64,000 nt of DNA, taken from Lingula anatina. Taxonomy: Eukaryota; Animalia; Brachiopoda. This document shows positions 1-13,285 of this stretch, piece by piece. Numbering within the stretch: position 1 is the stretch's first letter; every line of letters begins with the position of its first letter. The notes beneath the pieces are model-generated. The model saw only the letters and a list, made by a program, of their open reading frames with translations. It was not told the origin of the DNA and ran no database searches. The stretch spans positions 24,866,848 to 24,930,847 of the forward strand of contig CM120643.1 of NCBI GenBank assembly GCA_051362555.1, in the 5' to 3' direction. The translations under genes were made by a program, and so were the position numbers.

Positions 1-101
1 CAAGATAATGCCCTAGCTGACTACACAAGGAAGCACGGTATTGGTCACTTCACTTCAAGATAATGCCCTAGCTGACTACATAAGGTAGCACGGTATTGGT
101 C
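1..101. repeat. 55-bp tandem duplication, truncated by the window edge
   Basis: caagataatgccctagctgactacaYaaggWagcacggtattggtc starts at both 1 and 56, with 2 mismatches. Confidence 0.85.
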
Positions 102-1513
102 TGAAACATGTGTCGTCTCTTTCTTCTTAAAATAAGCTTTAAATTGCATTCAATTGGACTCCATCTGAATTATCTCAATTACACCAAAATATAGACTAAA
201 TTGGTTGAAAAGTAAGGTCTTTCATCCGGGCGGATTTTCTTTTGCTAAACATCCCAAGGAACGTGGGCAGCAACTGGTGGGTTGCTGTCAACTATTTTTT
301 GTAGAAAATAATCCATTTACCCTGTCACTCCATTGACACAAAGCTACAATATCGATTCACAACTGTGCTACACTGACAGGCTCGTCATTCACGCTAAACG
401 CGATGTGGCCTAGACAATGTTTTTAACTACAGTATATACATGTATATGTTACTGCACATCACATTTTCCTAGAAACCGTTGCATCGTTTTTTTTTTGCAA
501 TTACATGGGCTCCTGAAGTAAACACGTTTTTTGTAGGTTAAGCAATGGATATTAACGGTACTCTGACACAGAAACTCGTTTCGTAGGGGCAGAGATCATG
601 CGTTGCATGTCGTATATGTTTGTGGTCTTTATAAGTATATATTACTTAGGCTACTAACTCGGTTCTTTTGTAGAAACCCAGAAATGTAAATAGCAAGTGA
701 GTTAAGACTGGGGAAAGCTTTAACTCGGGATATCATTATATTATGAAGTTTTTGTTGAATTTTTAATAAAGTCTTATTCAAATAAAAAAAAAATGATTTT
801 AAAGTAGGCTTCGCACAAATCGAGCTTTACTGGCAATAATTTCCTCAGATACGAACCTAGGTAAGAAAATATACATAGCTGTAATCAAGCTAAGCTACTG
901 CCATATCATAACAAGATTGAAACGTACTGAAGAAAAGAAAAAGACGCCTTACTTACTGGTACACTATGGATCGTGACTTAATTCTTATCAACCAGAGGCT
1001 TCTGGCGTTTCTCCGGGTTTCACTACAGCACCATCCTGTTATTCAGCCTCCTTTGTAGGCGAAAGTTGCTTCCCCTCGGCATCGAACGCACGGTAAGTGT
1101 TTCTCAATAGCACAGTCGAAAAGGCTGTTCTGATTTGATTTGTCGCAACTATATAACTGTATCCATGGTTTCGAAGAGGTTTCGTCAGCTTCGTCTAACT
1201 TGTCATATGCAAATTATCGACATTTCATAACTTCTAATTGTGCAATTGTACATTTGTCATGTTTCTGGAAACTGGTGCCAAAATTAATCAAATGCACGTA
1301 GATATACAGACAGTATTCATATTTTTTTGTTCATCGAGGTACAAATAATTAGTTTTGCCCGTTTACCACACAGAACGTCATACTAGTACAATGTCTAAAA
1401 AAAAAAAAAATACTATTCGACCTCATGTCTGGGGAATAGAAGATGCCAATCCAACCGTTCTCGCATGACAATGATTTCTTTAATAACCGACACGGGCGAG
1501 TACAACATAGATA

Positions 1514-1713
1514 GTGTGCATTCCCAGAGATTTAGATAGACCTAACTCCCTGGGGGTCACGCTAAATTGCAGTCAGCCGAGCGCGCACCATAGTTAATTA
1601 CCCCCTTACAGCTTTTATTAGGCGGGACAGACGCTTAAGCTGGCTAAGCTGATAGTAATCTAGTGAGACTCCCCACAGGGATAGATCGATCTAAAATGTA
1701 TGGGAATGGGGTC
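1514..1713 (+). mobile_element. MITE family A (PIF/Harbinger-like), copy 1
   Basis: Termini GTGTGCATTCCCAGAGA...TATGGGAATGGGGTC with ATA on both sides. Nearly collinear with 62243-62457 and 46117-46303. Confidence 0.8.
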
Positions 1714-1715
1714 AT

Positions 1716-1880
1716 AGATAGATAAATAGATATATAGATAGAAAGATAAACCACTCATCTTTAAAGGTATTACTCAAGTCATGCTAGATAGACAGACAGA
1801 CAGACAGACAGAACGACAGACAGACAGAAAGATAGATAAACAGACAGAAATAATACCAGACAGATAAAGAGATAGACAGA
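1716..1880. repeat. (GATA)n/(GACA)n compound microsatellite
   Basis: Degenerate gata/gaca arrays directly visible. Confidence 0.8.
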
Positions 1881-3148
1881 TTCATGTAGCAACATACGTA
1901 AACCAAAAATAATAACCCGAGTAGTGTTTCCCAACAGTTTGACACGAATTATATAGATAAAATTGTCGGAGAAAATACTGATGTTAAGTCTCTCAGTTTC
2001 ACAAACAAGCGTTTCATAAAAAATGAACTAATGACATTCCATTTTAAAAATATTTTACTGCACGTCTGCTACTCAATTAAAGAGTTACACAACTGCTAAC
2101 CACAAGAGTGACGATTTTTTACGGTGCGTTACTACTGACATTTGGAAACGACTATCAGCTCGTATACACAAATAGAAATGCACAAATAGAAATGCACAAA
2201 TAGAAAAAAAAACGCTGCTCTTCAATATGGTGTTTAGTTTACCGAAGAATGAATTTTTTGACAAAAAAGATGTTATCAATACTTAGAAACACCATTTCGT
2301 ATGTCACTTGTTCCTCAGCAAAACAGGCATTATAAATCAGGGCACTATAAAGCTAGTTTACTCACTATAACTTTTCATGATGTGGTATCTTTACAGTGTA
2401 TTGCTGAAATGGGTTATTTATGAAATCAAGATCGAGCTGGCAATACTGATATCTAGAACTAAGGGTAGGCTCGACCGAAACACTGAAACAATTACTGCTT
2501 GAAGCCTACTCTGGTCGATTTCTTGTTCTAAAATAGAGAAGATTTTAATATCCATTGAATTCTCAAGATGAATCAAATTGAAACTAATGTCATCTGAGGC
2601 ATTGGAAGCCATAATGATTCTAAGTTCCTTTCGAAAGTCTAGAAACATGATGGCGGTTAATGCAATGTCATTATATTGCCTATGCAATGTGTCAGTAAAA
2701 TGAATAAAACACGACAGTCATTAAACCTGTAATAGTTTTTGAATACCTAAAATGAATCCTTGCTCCAGGGTTTTCTGGGGAATCCAATTTGTAGATAATG
2801 GGTGTCATCCAATTGTTTATACCTTATGCACATAGCTATACAGGTATATCTTACAAGAGCATTTAATGCGTTCCCAAGCCACCTTCCATTATAACATCAA
2901 TATACACACATCTTTCTACATTGAAGGCGCATCAATGCCCATCTTCGGAGGACGGAAACTTCAGATAAAGTACAAAAGCGCATCAATAAAAAGACATCAA
3001 TAGAAAACAGGATAGCGTTTAAGGAGCAAAAGAAATAAAAGCTAAGCTTTCTAAAGTTCGCTTGCCATTAATTGATTAGTGTCCTTGCTATGAGTACCAT
3101 AAAAGATGGACTTCTTTGTAGATTGATACTCGTAGATGTAAACAATTA

Positions 3149-3706
3149 GGGTTCATTCCAAAAGAACCCATCGTTCCACGTAGATCGATCTAATTCCGCA
3201 GGGATTTTCGATGAATGCAATCAGATAAACACCCCCTGCAATCAGATAAAAACGCCCCCTGCAAACTGATAAACACCCCCCTGCAATCCGATAAACATGC
3301 CCCCTGCAATCTGATAAACACGCCCCCTGCAAACTGATAAACACCCTCCTGCAATCTGATAAACACGCCCCCCTGCAATCTGATAAACACCCTCTGCAAT
3401 CAGATAAACACGCCCCCTGCAATCTGATAAACACGCCCCCTGCAATCTGATAAACACCCCCCTGCGATCTGATAAACACGCCCCCCTGCAATCTGATAAA
3501 CACCCCCCTGTAATGTGATAAACACGCCCCCCTGCAATCTGATAAACACCCCCCTGTAATGTGATAAACACGCCCCCTGCAAGGATTTTGAAATATACTA
3601 CCAGCGCACCCTGTGGACAGAGATTAATGATGATACTAGTGCAATGGATACAGGACGTTAATCTGCATTCAGCGAGAGTCCCCTCGGAGTTGGATCGAAC
3701 TATGTA
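3149..3706 (+). mobile_element. MITE family B (related to family A) with an internal minisatellite
   Basis: Left arm 3149-3230 (gggttcattcc..ccatcg..cgtagatcgatc..tgcaatcag) and right arm 3657-3706 (cagcgagagtcccctcggagttggatcga) are inverted relative to each other and match the arms of 52534-52772. Confidence 0.7.
3216..3582. repeat. Minisatellite, 16 units of 21-24 bp (TGCAATCTGATAAACAC[G]CCCCC)
   Basis: Units counted directly. The ORFs at 3153-3582 in the track are translations of this repeat. Confidence 0.95.
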
Positions 3707-4426
3707 AGGGACGACAGTTTCATTGCCGTCACAGCACCACGCAGGTTAAGTAGCACGGATTCTTTGTAAACTCATCACCTTTCTTTCCACCAACAATTAA
3801 ATAAGACTGTCACTTACATTATATAAATTAATTAATACATGTTATACAGAGTGGTCGATTGTTTTTTTTTTCTTGTTGAGAATCAATTTTTTCATGGAAT
3901 AGCCCTATCCTGTTAGAACGGCAGTTTTTTTAAAAATTTATTGTTATCTTTTACTCCAATAAATCTAAAAGATACAGCATACCTTGAGGATTAACGAAAA
4001 AGTGTTAGTGTTTGAAGGATTTTTAAATAAACAACAGATGTCTAGTGCGCATTTAATGTCTTCAACTTAAAGACAGAGCGACTTGGCAGGATTTACGAAG
4101 CATTACGGCACGTAATCCATGTGAATGGGGGCGGCAATAGGCGGCTAGCATCGACGGTGTTTACTTTCCAGCCCAATATCAGAGAGGAAAGAGGGAAGAC
4201 CTGGCGGTTTACAGTATCTATTATGTATGGCACGTATCTGTTATGTATCACACGTTTTCATATATACACGTGCAATGTGCAACACGAATTACACCAGTAT
4301 TTATTACATAAAGTACCATCAATAACTTGGCTACAGAATGCGCAAAAAAAAAAAAAAAAAAAAAAAAGATATATATAATAAATGCTCAATGAGCTGCCTT
4401 CAGAAAATTACACAAATTAGCCGTCC

Positions 4427-4766
4427 GTGATTTTGAACCTCGGGTTTGTGATCCCGACTCAAATCGAGTTATCTTGGCACGAACGTTATTTCAGTGGTCG
4501 CGAGCTCACATAAAAGAACCGTTAATCCAATTACCTACCCGTTCGGTACATTCAGTATCATTGTGCCGGAGATTGTCGAAAGCGCATAATAGCTGGGTTT
4601 GAGAAAAAGAACCCGTATGCAAAAAAGTGGGAGACCCGGATGAAATCTGGCCAAATTGTTCACGCCCTTTTATGTGATGTTCGCGACTACTAATTGCACC
4701 ATAATGTCGCAGTTTGACTCATTAATTTGGCGTTCGGGATCACATATCCTTGGCTCGAGATCGCAA
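4427..4766. repeat. Degenerate foldback (long imperfect inverted repeat), probably an old non-autonomous DNA transposon
   Basis: gtgatcccga and agtggtcgcgagctcacataaaag on the left pair with cttttatgtgatgttcgcgactact and tcgggatcac on the right. Confidence 0.6.
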
Positions 4767-6332
4767 ACTACAATTACCGTTTATAAGTCCTGAGTTAAGA
4801 GACAGTTCGATCGTGCAGTCACAAGAAAAGGAAAATTAGAAATATGGGAAATTACCAAAGCGAGTTGTTTTTCACTGATTGTTGACAGAGTTTGCCAAGA
4901 TAATTGAGGGAGGTAATTAGGGGAATTAAAGAATGTAAACGTGTATATATGTGGGAGTCGTACGCGAGTGAATTGCAGCAAAATTCATGGCCAGTTGTGA
5001 CAAATAAACGTTCTGCTCAAAGATTTGTTTCACTGTCCCCCTATGTTGTTTTCACGTGTTACCTGTCATGAACTCTAGAATTGCGTGCAGAAAGCAACAT
5101 TGCTCTTGTGTCCAGGGCTCAAAGACAAGCCGGATTACACCGGTTTATAATGACGTGAATGGTAGTTATTGCGTAATCATTTTCCAGGAACACGACAAAA
5201 TACCGGTAAAGACGCATGTAGGCAATGGAAAGTGCTGAAAACTAGCAGTACTTATTCAGTACTTACTGAGACGCTTTATTATTAGCAAAATGAACAGATG
5301 AAAAAGACAAATAAGTAAATAATGAATAAACTAATGGATATTTAAATGAATGGAGTAATGAACAGATGAAAAGATAAAAATACGATTAAATGGGATTAAC
5401 AGTATAAAAACAAATGGATAAGTGAATAAATTAATGAATGAACAAACGAATGCTTGATTGAATGGATAGAATACAAAATGAATAGATACATGTGCAAAAG
5501 TACGATGAAATATAACCAGATGAATAAACAAATGCAACCGTGATGGTCATAGACGTTGACGGTACAAAATGCTATTACGAACATAACAGAACGTACATGT
5601 ATGGTATTGGCACTTAGTTTTCCATGCATTACGCTTTGTATTTTCAGAGAATATAATCAACTTAAAAAACGGTAAACTGAGCCATTTTCGACCAGAGACC
5701 GACTTTGCTGCTTTACTATCATCAGCACATTTGATTCCACTCCGACTACACGCTTATGTATCCAAATACAAAGAATTACATAAACCCAGAACATTTTATA
5801 AGTAAAAAGAGAGTATTATTTTTTTGACAGTAACTGTTAATTGGGTAGCTTTTGACCTTCAGCCTGGCAACGAACTGTAGTATTTACTGTTGTGATTGAA
5901 CAGGCGCAAAACGGTGCTGAGATCTGTTTGAAAATGATGTTAAAGTTTTCAATCCCCCCCTCTCCCCCCCCCCCCCCCCCAAAAAAAAAAAATTGCTGTT
6001 GCATCATCAGCTCCATTTAGCCATTATATCCCGTTGTGGTTTAATGTGACTTCTAAAAACATGACACCGCTTCCGCAGTATTTCCGCATTATCTAAGCGG
6101 ATAAAGAGATAAATCCTCACGTTTCGATTTCTCTTTCTTCGATAATGGACACTAATTCTCCCTGTGTATAAGAATTTGGGGGAATTTGTGCCAGCAGTTG
6201 TGAACATCACAAATAATGCAGCAGTTACCGGGATATGGCTGGGTCACTTCGACCCAGTTCACAGAAATAAGAGATAAAATTTCATTACAACTTCCCAAAT
6301 CATTTACTTCTCTTACTCAACCTCAACATTAA

Positions 6333-6852
6333 GGCTTCGTTCACATGGAAAGTCTATTTTCTAAAAGTCTATTTTCTATTCGCGGTATATCTTGTGATCA
6401 CGGTCTGTGCCCTGAATATCCCGCGGGGTAATTACTGGCAGCGCGAGCCAGTTACTTCCAAAGCTGTAATTAATTCTCGGCTGTGCTCGGAGGAGATTCT
6501 GATACCTTGACGCATGCGCAGTAGGAAGTTAGAAAGTTAATGGCGGTCGCGGTTGCTTTGAAAAATGTGTTTGTCGATTTTGTGCAACAACAAGACGAAG
6601 AAGATGAAGAAGCTATACACACGACAGATACGAGTGCAACCGTCATCATCCGATGGCAAGCGATGCGGCAACGGAGGATGAAATTTTATAGAATGCGAGC
6701 ACAGCCGAGAATTAATTACAGCTTTGTATAAGTAACTGGCTCGCGCTGCCAGTAATTACGCCGCGGGATATTCAGGGCACAGACCGTGATCATAAGATAC
6801 CGCGAATAGAAAATAGATTTTTAGAAAATAGACTTTCCATGTGAACGAAGCC
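6333..6852 (+). mobile_element. Non-autonomous PIF/Harbinger-like element with ~125-bp TIRs
   Basis: GGCTTCGTTCACATGGAAAGTCTATTTT...AAAATAGACTTTCCATGTGAACGAAGCC with near-perfect long TIRs and TAA on both sides. Confidence 0.9.
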
Positions 6853-6855
6853 TAA

Positions 6856-7261
6856 GGCCCCTATTTCACACAGACCATGAATCCCACGAATCGTCAGGAA
6901 TTGACAAAATTTCAGGATTCGTGAGATTTTGCCAATTTTCTGTCTAATTCGACAAGCTTACGATTCAGTTACGATACAGGTACGATAGTGTTACGAATAT
7001 TAGTGGGATTCGGCTGGAATCGCACGAATATTGTCCAGAAATTCACTACGAATTTTTGGAATCGGAAGTTCGTGGCCAAAACTTTGAACAGCTCAAAATT
7101 TTTGCCACGAATTCCCGATTGATCAAGAATTGCAAGAGCTGACTACGATTATATACGAATCTGTTAAGGACTTCACGAACTGATAACGATTCAACCACGA
7201 ATCCTGAACTTTTCAATTCCTGGCGATTCGTGGGATTCGTGGTCTGTGTGAAATAGGGGCA
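6856..7261 (+). mobile_element. Second Harbinger-like MITE (family C), abutting the first
   Basis: GGCCCCTATTTCACACAGACC...GGTCTGTGTGAAATAGGGGCA, flanked by TAA/TCA, with many internal CACGAAT/ATTCGTG motifs. Confidence 0.85.
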
Positions 7262-7290
7262 TCAACGTTTTTGCCACTAATTCCTTTTGG

Positions 7291-7421
7291 TCAAGAAGTG
7301 AAAGAACTGACTACGAATACATACGACTCTGTTAAGAACTTCACGAACTGATTACGATTCAACCACGAATCGTGAAATTTGTCAATTCCTGGCCATTCGT
7401 GGTCTGTGTGAAATAGGGGCA
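7291..7421 (+). mobile_element. Right-end fragment of MITE family C
   Basis: Repeats 7122-7261 and ends ggtctgtgtgaaataggggca. Confidence 0.8.
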
Positions 7422-8008
7422 AAACACGACTCATACACTTGCAACACCTTTCCAGTCTAAACAATTTACGAGTGGACGAATGAATTGGCAAATGAATGAA
7501 TAAGTAAAGATACGTTAAATGAATGAACAGATGAATAAACATACAAATAAACATATAAACTGGACATACGGGATGGAGAAGCACTTAACACTACGTTAAT
7601 TGCGGTTCTGAACAAAAGATCTCGCTGCACGAATACTAACTACATGAAGTGTGACTTCCTTTTTCCTTCTACAAGAGGCGCGAAATGAAATTGTTTTCCT
7701 TTCAGCACGTTACATCAAAGTACGGAACACGGGGGTAAGCCTGACAGCAATTTGCACTCTAGAAGAGCACACGAAACACCGGCTGCACAAAAAGCCGGAG
7801 GTCAATTTTCGGGGTAGAATCTACTGTAAGACACCTTGAACCCCCCTTCTAAGGTGTGTCTCACAAAGGATCCTAAAGGTTTCTTACCTAGTCTTTTAAC
7901 TGAGTTTAAGTTGATTGTCATGGGGAATTCGAAGTATTTCACTTTCGGTAGGAGCAATAGGCCATTTTAAATGTGTCAGATACAGTTTATTGTGGACCAA
8001 TTGTTCTA

Positions 8009-8401
8009 AAAGCTGCAGAGTCGCATTTGCAATCGGCCTCAAAATGTGGTTGGTTGCAAAATGCGTTGCGACTGGTAGAAAATAATTATCTTGGTGTGAA
8101 AAAAAAAACAGAATCATCCATCCCCAGAGACAGCCCTTCCCAGAGTCGCAATGTCATCCCAAACTATTTTTGGTATCAAAAGTAAGAAAATAAAAATGTC
8201 TGATGATAAAGCTTAACATTATGCAAACTGAAAATGAAAACAGCAATTCGGTATACGGTGTCAAGGTCACCCCATCCCCCACTATTTAGTCTTCAAATAA
8301 TGCCGATGACATTTTTAGAAAACAGTTTCTAGACGCGTTTTCGCGTTTTTGTATGGTTGCAAATTGCGTTGCAGTTTCAAAACGAGACTCTAGACAGCTC
8401 T
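8009..8401. mobile_element. Degenerate non-autonomous DNA transposon (possibly hAT-like)
   Basis: Imperfect termini aaagctgcagagtcgc / gagactctagacagctct and a repeated subterminal ggttgcaaaWtgcgttgc motif. No clean TSD. Confidence 0.35.
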
Positions 8402-11400
8402 TATTCCAATATCGCAAGACTGATTGAAAAAGTTTTAGATAAGCTCAAGAATTTTAGATCTCTTTGCGAACCACCCTTGAGGCGTACATGTAGAGGGTTT
8501 CTTCTTACAATAGCTGAGCGGCTCTATGTTTCTACTAATGATATGAGCAGGTGGATGTTCATGTAACGGTAGCTCCCAGATAACACTTTCTATTGATTTG
8601 ACAAAGCACTGATGTGCTAATGAGTCTGACTGATACAAAAACAGCTAGGTCGTGCAGTAATTTAAAGTGTGAAAAGGCCTCTACGGAAAGATAAAAAGAA
8701 AGTGTTGACATGCAGACGTCATCTCAACATCCGTGGACACTTCGTGTTGCTTAGTTTCTCATTCTCTGAGTGAGTAAAATTGACGGTTCCTGATATGAAG
8801 AGATGCTGTGTTCGTGACAAGAGCGTTAAGAGCTCAAGAATAAATGGTTTTATAAGGTTCTAAAAAATAGCAATGTCCTTCCTATCTCTTTACCGAAACA
8901 AAATGGCCGCTATCTCAGCGTAACCAGGGGGTGGAAACGCGCTACTAAAAATGATTATGACGAGCCTCACCGTCAGTACCGGATATTGGTTTGTGACCTT
9001 GAGGGGCAATTAGGCTTGGTCTTTGCGGCACGCATGAACAGTAGTCGAACTACCACACCTGGGTCTTTTGTTTTTGACAACTGTTCACTCGTCAACGAGG
9101 TGCTTGTTCAAGACTACATGTACACACTGATATCTACTAGTACTACCAGTGGCTTCATTAGTAACGTTCCCACAATACATGGTTTTCTGTCTGTGCGTAC
9201 ATACCCTGAATTTGGCCAGCCTCACTGACGAGAACAATGGACGTTTCTCACCCCTCTCTAGGATTACCCCTGGCGTAACCACCCACCTTCAACCGAACGA
9301 CCGTCTATCCTACAGCCTCGTTGAAGCAAGTCAGAGAAAACCGCGAGTCTTTAGATAGTCTTATATAGACTAAAATGAGGTATTGGGCACTACATGACGT
9401 CATACGAAACTAGAATGTATGCCAGAATCTGCTTGAACTGGAGTTAACTTTTTAGCGATAAGGGTGAAATTCAATGTAACGCCTTCTTAAAAAAGCGATA
9501 CGGAAGTGTCATACAAATCATGGTGAATTGGAACTGTCGTGCAAAGAACTATAATTGGACAGAAATAGCAAAAAACATCCAGAAAACCTTCCATGGATAA
9601 ATTTCGTTTTTTTTTTCTTTTCACACAGCACACCTGTCATTATTCCTGACCCCTCTCCCTTCCAAATTTGCTGAATTGCACTCCTCGCGAAAAAGACAGA
9701 CAGGCATTGGACTTCAGTGGATATGGCATAATCAATCTAAGTCTCAATCAGTATAACTAATAAACAGAAAAAGCATGGATATTGTATCCAATGAAAATTG
9801 AATCATAAACCTTATGTTAACAGCTGACATTTATATGAAGTGGAGCTTAATAGCATAAAGAGAGAGAGAGATAGAACTAAAGCAGTTATTGGTATTGTAT
9901 TTTATACACGACTTAATTGAAAATACCAAACAACTAGCAAACAAAAACACTGAAAGTCATTCTGTCAGTTGACCAAATTTAGTCTCCGCCTTAAACCGTG
10001 TTATTATTAGTTACTATAGAGATATAAACTGTATACTTTCCAGCAAAGTATACGTCCTCAAAAAACACACAAAGCTTTGGTAAATTTCTATCCATTTACT
10101 TACCAGGGTATATTATGAGTAGTTTTTCTCTGCGAGGCAAATATGGGCCAAAATAGCACCCAGAGGACGCTGTTGGATTATATGTCCAAAACCAAGAATC
10201 AAATACGTGGAGCACAAAAACCCTTCTCTACACTATCAGACAGTATGAGCCGCCTGCGCAGTGGTTGCCGACACGTTCTGTGTTTCCCAGGTGACACCGC
10301 TGTGGTTTTTATTCCCTCTCAGTTAACATGCGCAATCTGTGAAGCCGCTGTAAGACAGAAAAAATTAAATAAGGATATTGAAGATTAAGTTAATAATTTT
10401 AGCGAAGGCAATATTCACACTTTCATACAAAAGCAAATAGTACTGGCAGAAATACTGAAAGAAAAATAACAGGATGTATTTATAACACTAAGTGGGCCAA
10501 GGAAGGTGTTAAATTTTGTGATCTTAAGCAAATTGATTCCAAGAATTCCGCAAGATAATGCCGGTATAATTACTAACCAGTAGGGTATATTAGAAGAGAC
10601 AAATTATTAATGAAAAATGTTATGCATGCTGAGAGCATAATGTAGAACCTTAACGACATTTATAAACTGTCTGATTAAAAGTTAAAACCGTTTGCTTTCA
10701 TCTCTCTGGAGGCATAAAATGAAAAGTGTATATAAAGGATTCATAAAATCACTGAAAAAAGCATACATTTATCTATACCCATGTATATACATGTGCACAC
10801 ATGTCTGTATACACTGGCAAACCTGTCATACATAATACGAAATATATTTCAAGAAACTTGAAAACCTTTAAAAAAAAAGAAATAATATTGTGGTACATTA
10901 ATGGTCAATGAAAGTATCGATTTCAGTAACACACATTTCTTCCGTAACCGAAACGTGAGTGTTTGAATTACACAAGTCATTTTAAATGATGGTATGCCAG
11001 AGAAATAAGATCCATTAACGATATTTCCTTGGAATCTGGGGGAGGTTTACGATTGAAAAACGTTCAGAGATTTCAATGTTGTTGACTCAAATTTCTCGAG
11101 TAAAGAGAGCCATAAATAGAGATACAAGGTATTCCTAAATAATGAGCCATAAATAGAGATACGGAATATTTCTGAATAATAAGTGTCACTAATACTTAAC
11201 CACACTGGTATTGTATATATTTTATACAATCAGGCATCTATAAAACGAACGTGCAAATTAAGCCTTTGTTATAAATTTGAAGTGGGTGTAATTAAGACAC
11301 ACTCACTTAGAAAGAGACGGAAGAAAATTAGTGTGTGCTGAGGACTTAAAATGTCACTTGCGATCACAAAAATTTCTAAGCTGCGGTGGATTACGTTAGA

Positions 11401-11700
11401 ATTAACCATAAAACATATTCATAACAGATTCGGTGCATTTTACATACCAAAAGGTAGACAACAATACTTCGGTAGTTCCACTTGCAAAAGTGCTGACGAT
11501 ACTCGTGCAAAAGAGCACAAATTCTTTAGTTGTACTGTTATCAAATAACTTTTAGCTTAATTGGCAGAATATGTATTATCAAACACTAACGTAAATGTAC
11601 CTATACCAAAGAGGATTCCCATAATTGGTGCATCAAGTTTCTTTATGGTTTTCCTAATTGATTATTTTTCAAACCAAATAATAAATCTAATCGAAATCAG

Positions 11701-11851
11701 TTCGTGATTGATCAAGAATTGCAAGAACTGACTACGAATATATACGAATCTGTTAAGAACTCCAAGAACTGATTACGATTCAACCACGAATCCTGAAATT
11801 TGTCAATTCCTGGCGATTCGTGGGATTCGTGGTCTGTGTGAAGTAGGGGCA
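11701..11851 (+). mobile_element. Right-end fragment of MITE family C
   Basis: gattgatcaagaattgcaagaactgactacg...ggtctgtgtgaagtaggggca|tta matches 7117-7261. Confidence 0.85.
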
Positions 11852-12370
11852 TTATGCACACATATCAAGAAGCCGGGCTAAATTCGCGACCTGATCTAAT
11901 ACATAAATACAGATTCTACACAGTCTCTCTAGAAATGGTAACTAGAAATAGCCCTACCCATGAAACACGAAATCTAGACAGCTTTCAAGAGATCAACATT
12001 ATGTAATAGGATATATATTCAAATGAAGATACCACTACCTTGTTATATTCCACTATGTTCTTAGACCATTATTGGGCTCACAGCCTAAACACTTCCTTCA
12101 TCTTGGGTTTCCGCCGAGTAATTTCGCTAATAAGGATGACATCGCCTTTGATTGAAAAAATTGCTCGATCGGTGCATCAATGCCAATCTATACATGTACC
12201 CGTGTTTCTACAAAGTTCTTATGATACTAACACAAAATGTTGGAGTTAATTTTTGACATCCGGCCAAGGCTCGAAATATCTGTAGCAGCATCGCCTAATT
12301 CCCTACGCGTGCAATTATAACACCTCTACGGTGGACAGATTTGTCAAAAACATATATAATAATATTTAGT

Positions 12371-12590
12371 CCATATCAGCACGACTCGCATATATGTAGG
12401 TGCATTCTAGTCGCAGTACAATGCAGTCACAGACTGACATGTAGGTGTGACATAATACACTGTCGCCCGAGCGACACCTTGGGCTATAGCAAGAGGCGTT
12501 CAACACATATGTGTACATTGCGAGAGGGTGACAGTGTACCTTGGGTATTATTTGACATACCGATACATATAACGAGAGTTAGTACTCGTA
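12371..12590. repeat. Interspersed repeat family D with an internal inverted repeat
   Basis: gtgtgacataatacactgtc is shared with 54789-54808. Internal inverted repeat tacactgtcgccc / gggtgacagtgta. Confidence 0.5.
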
Positions 12591-12775
12591 TTTCACTAAA
12601 ACACCCATAAAACCAGATAATGCGTATGTTGCCATGGTCACATAACATCTCTATGCATTGTACACAAAAAAACGGCAATTACTGTAGTACACCCAGTGGC
12701 TGTACTAAATGTATGGCCTTCCGTGAAATGTATGTGGTGCGTGTGTGAGTGGGCAATTGATGCATGATAATATAT

Positions 12776-12776
12776 A

Positions 12777-12832
<56 letters not shown>
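12776..12832. repeat. (TG)n(AG)n microsatellite
   Basis: Directly visible. Confidence 0.95.
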
Positions 12833-12838
<6 letters not shown>

Positions 12839-13120
12839 TTGCTGACCAAAACATGATGATATCCACCCATTTATGTTAACTTTGTACTTTTCGTTTCAGC
12901 CACGCTTATTCCTAACAGTTGCCAAGCATACAAGTATACGTTTCCAATTTGCTAAACATAAAATGAGAAAATTACAAAACTCACGTTTAACCTTTTTTAA
13001 CCTTTACATTCTATCACCAGAGCTCTAATTAACAAGGGGATGTGCGTCTAGCACACCGTGTGGCTGCAATCTTTGGAACGAGGCTGGTGCGTCAAGAATT
13101 GATGCCCGGATGTGTGGATG

Positions 13121-13222
13121 TCAAAACCCCCATTAGTAGTCATGGATGGAAACCTGAACATCGTCAAATACAGAAATATTCTGGAAACCACCGTCCTCCC
13201 ATTTGCTAGAGTGCACCTCAGG
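13121..13222 (+). mobile_element. Tc1-family transposase relic (part of the DDE domain)
   Basis: Translates as SKPPLVVMDGNLNIVKYRNILETTVLPFARVHLR, matching the Tc1 motif L.VIDGNLN..RY..IL...VLPF. Flanking frames are broken. Confidence 0.7.
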
Positions 13223-13285
13223 AGCCAGACTCGCCACTGGCTTTTGATTTGACCAGACATTGATATAATTGGCAGTTGATACTTT

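Noticed and set aside
56-120. Hammerhead-ribozyme or Penelope-like terminal repeat (CTGACTA...GAAAC-ATGT-GTC)
   Set aside because: The core is CUGACUA rather than CUGANGA and stem I cannot form. At most a dead relic, and the window edge hides the context
996-1091. Plus-strand exon-like segment ending in GTAAGT
   Set aside because: No recognisable protein similarity and no partner exons found
1160-1195. Minus-strand CTGACGA-N9-GAAAC hammerhead-like core
   Set aside because: No closing pair for stem II and no correctly placed NUH cleavage triplet
3153-3582. Cys/Gly-rich repetitive ORFs (CLSDCRG, GGVFIRLQ)
   Set aside because: Open in all frames simply because the minisatellite lacks stops on that strand
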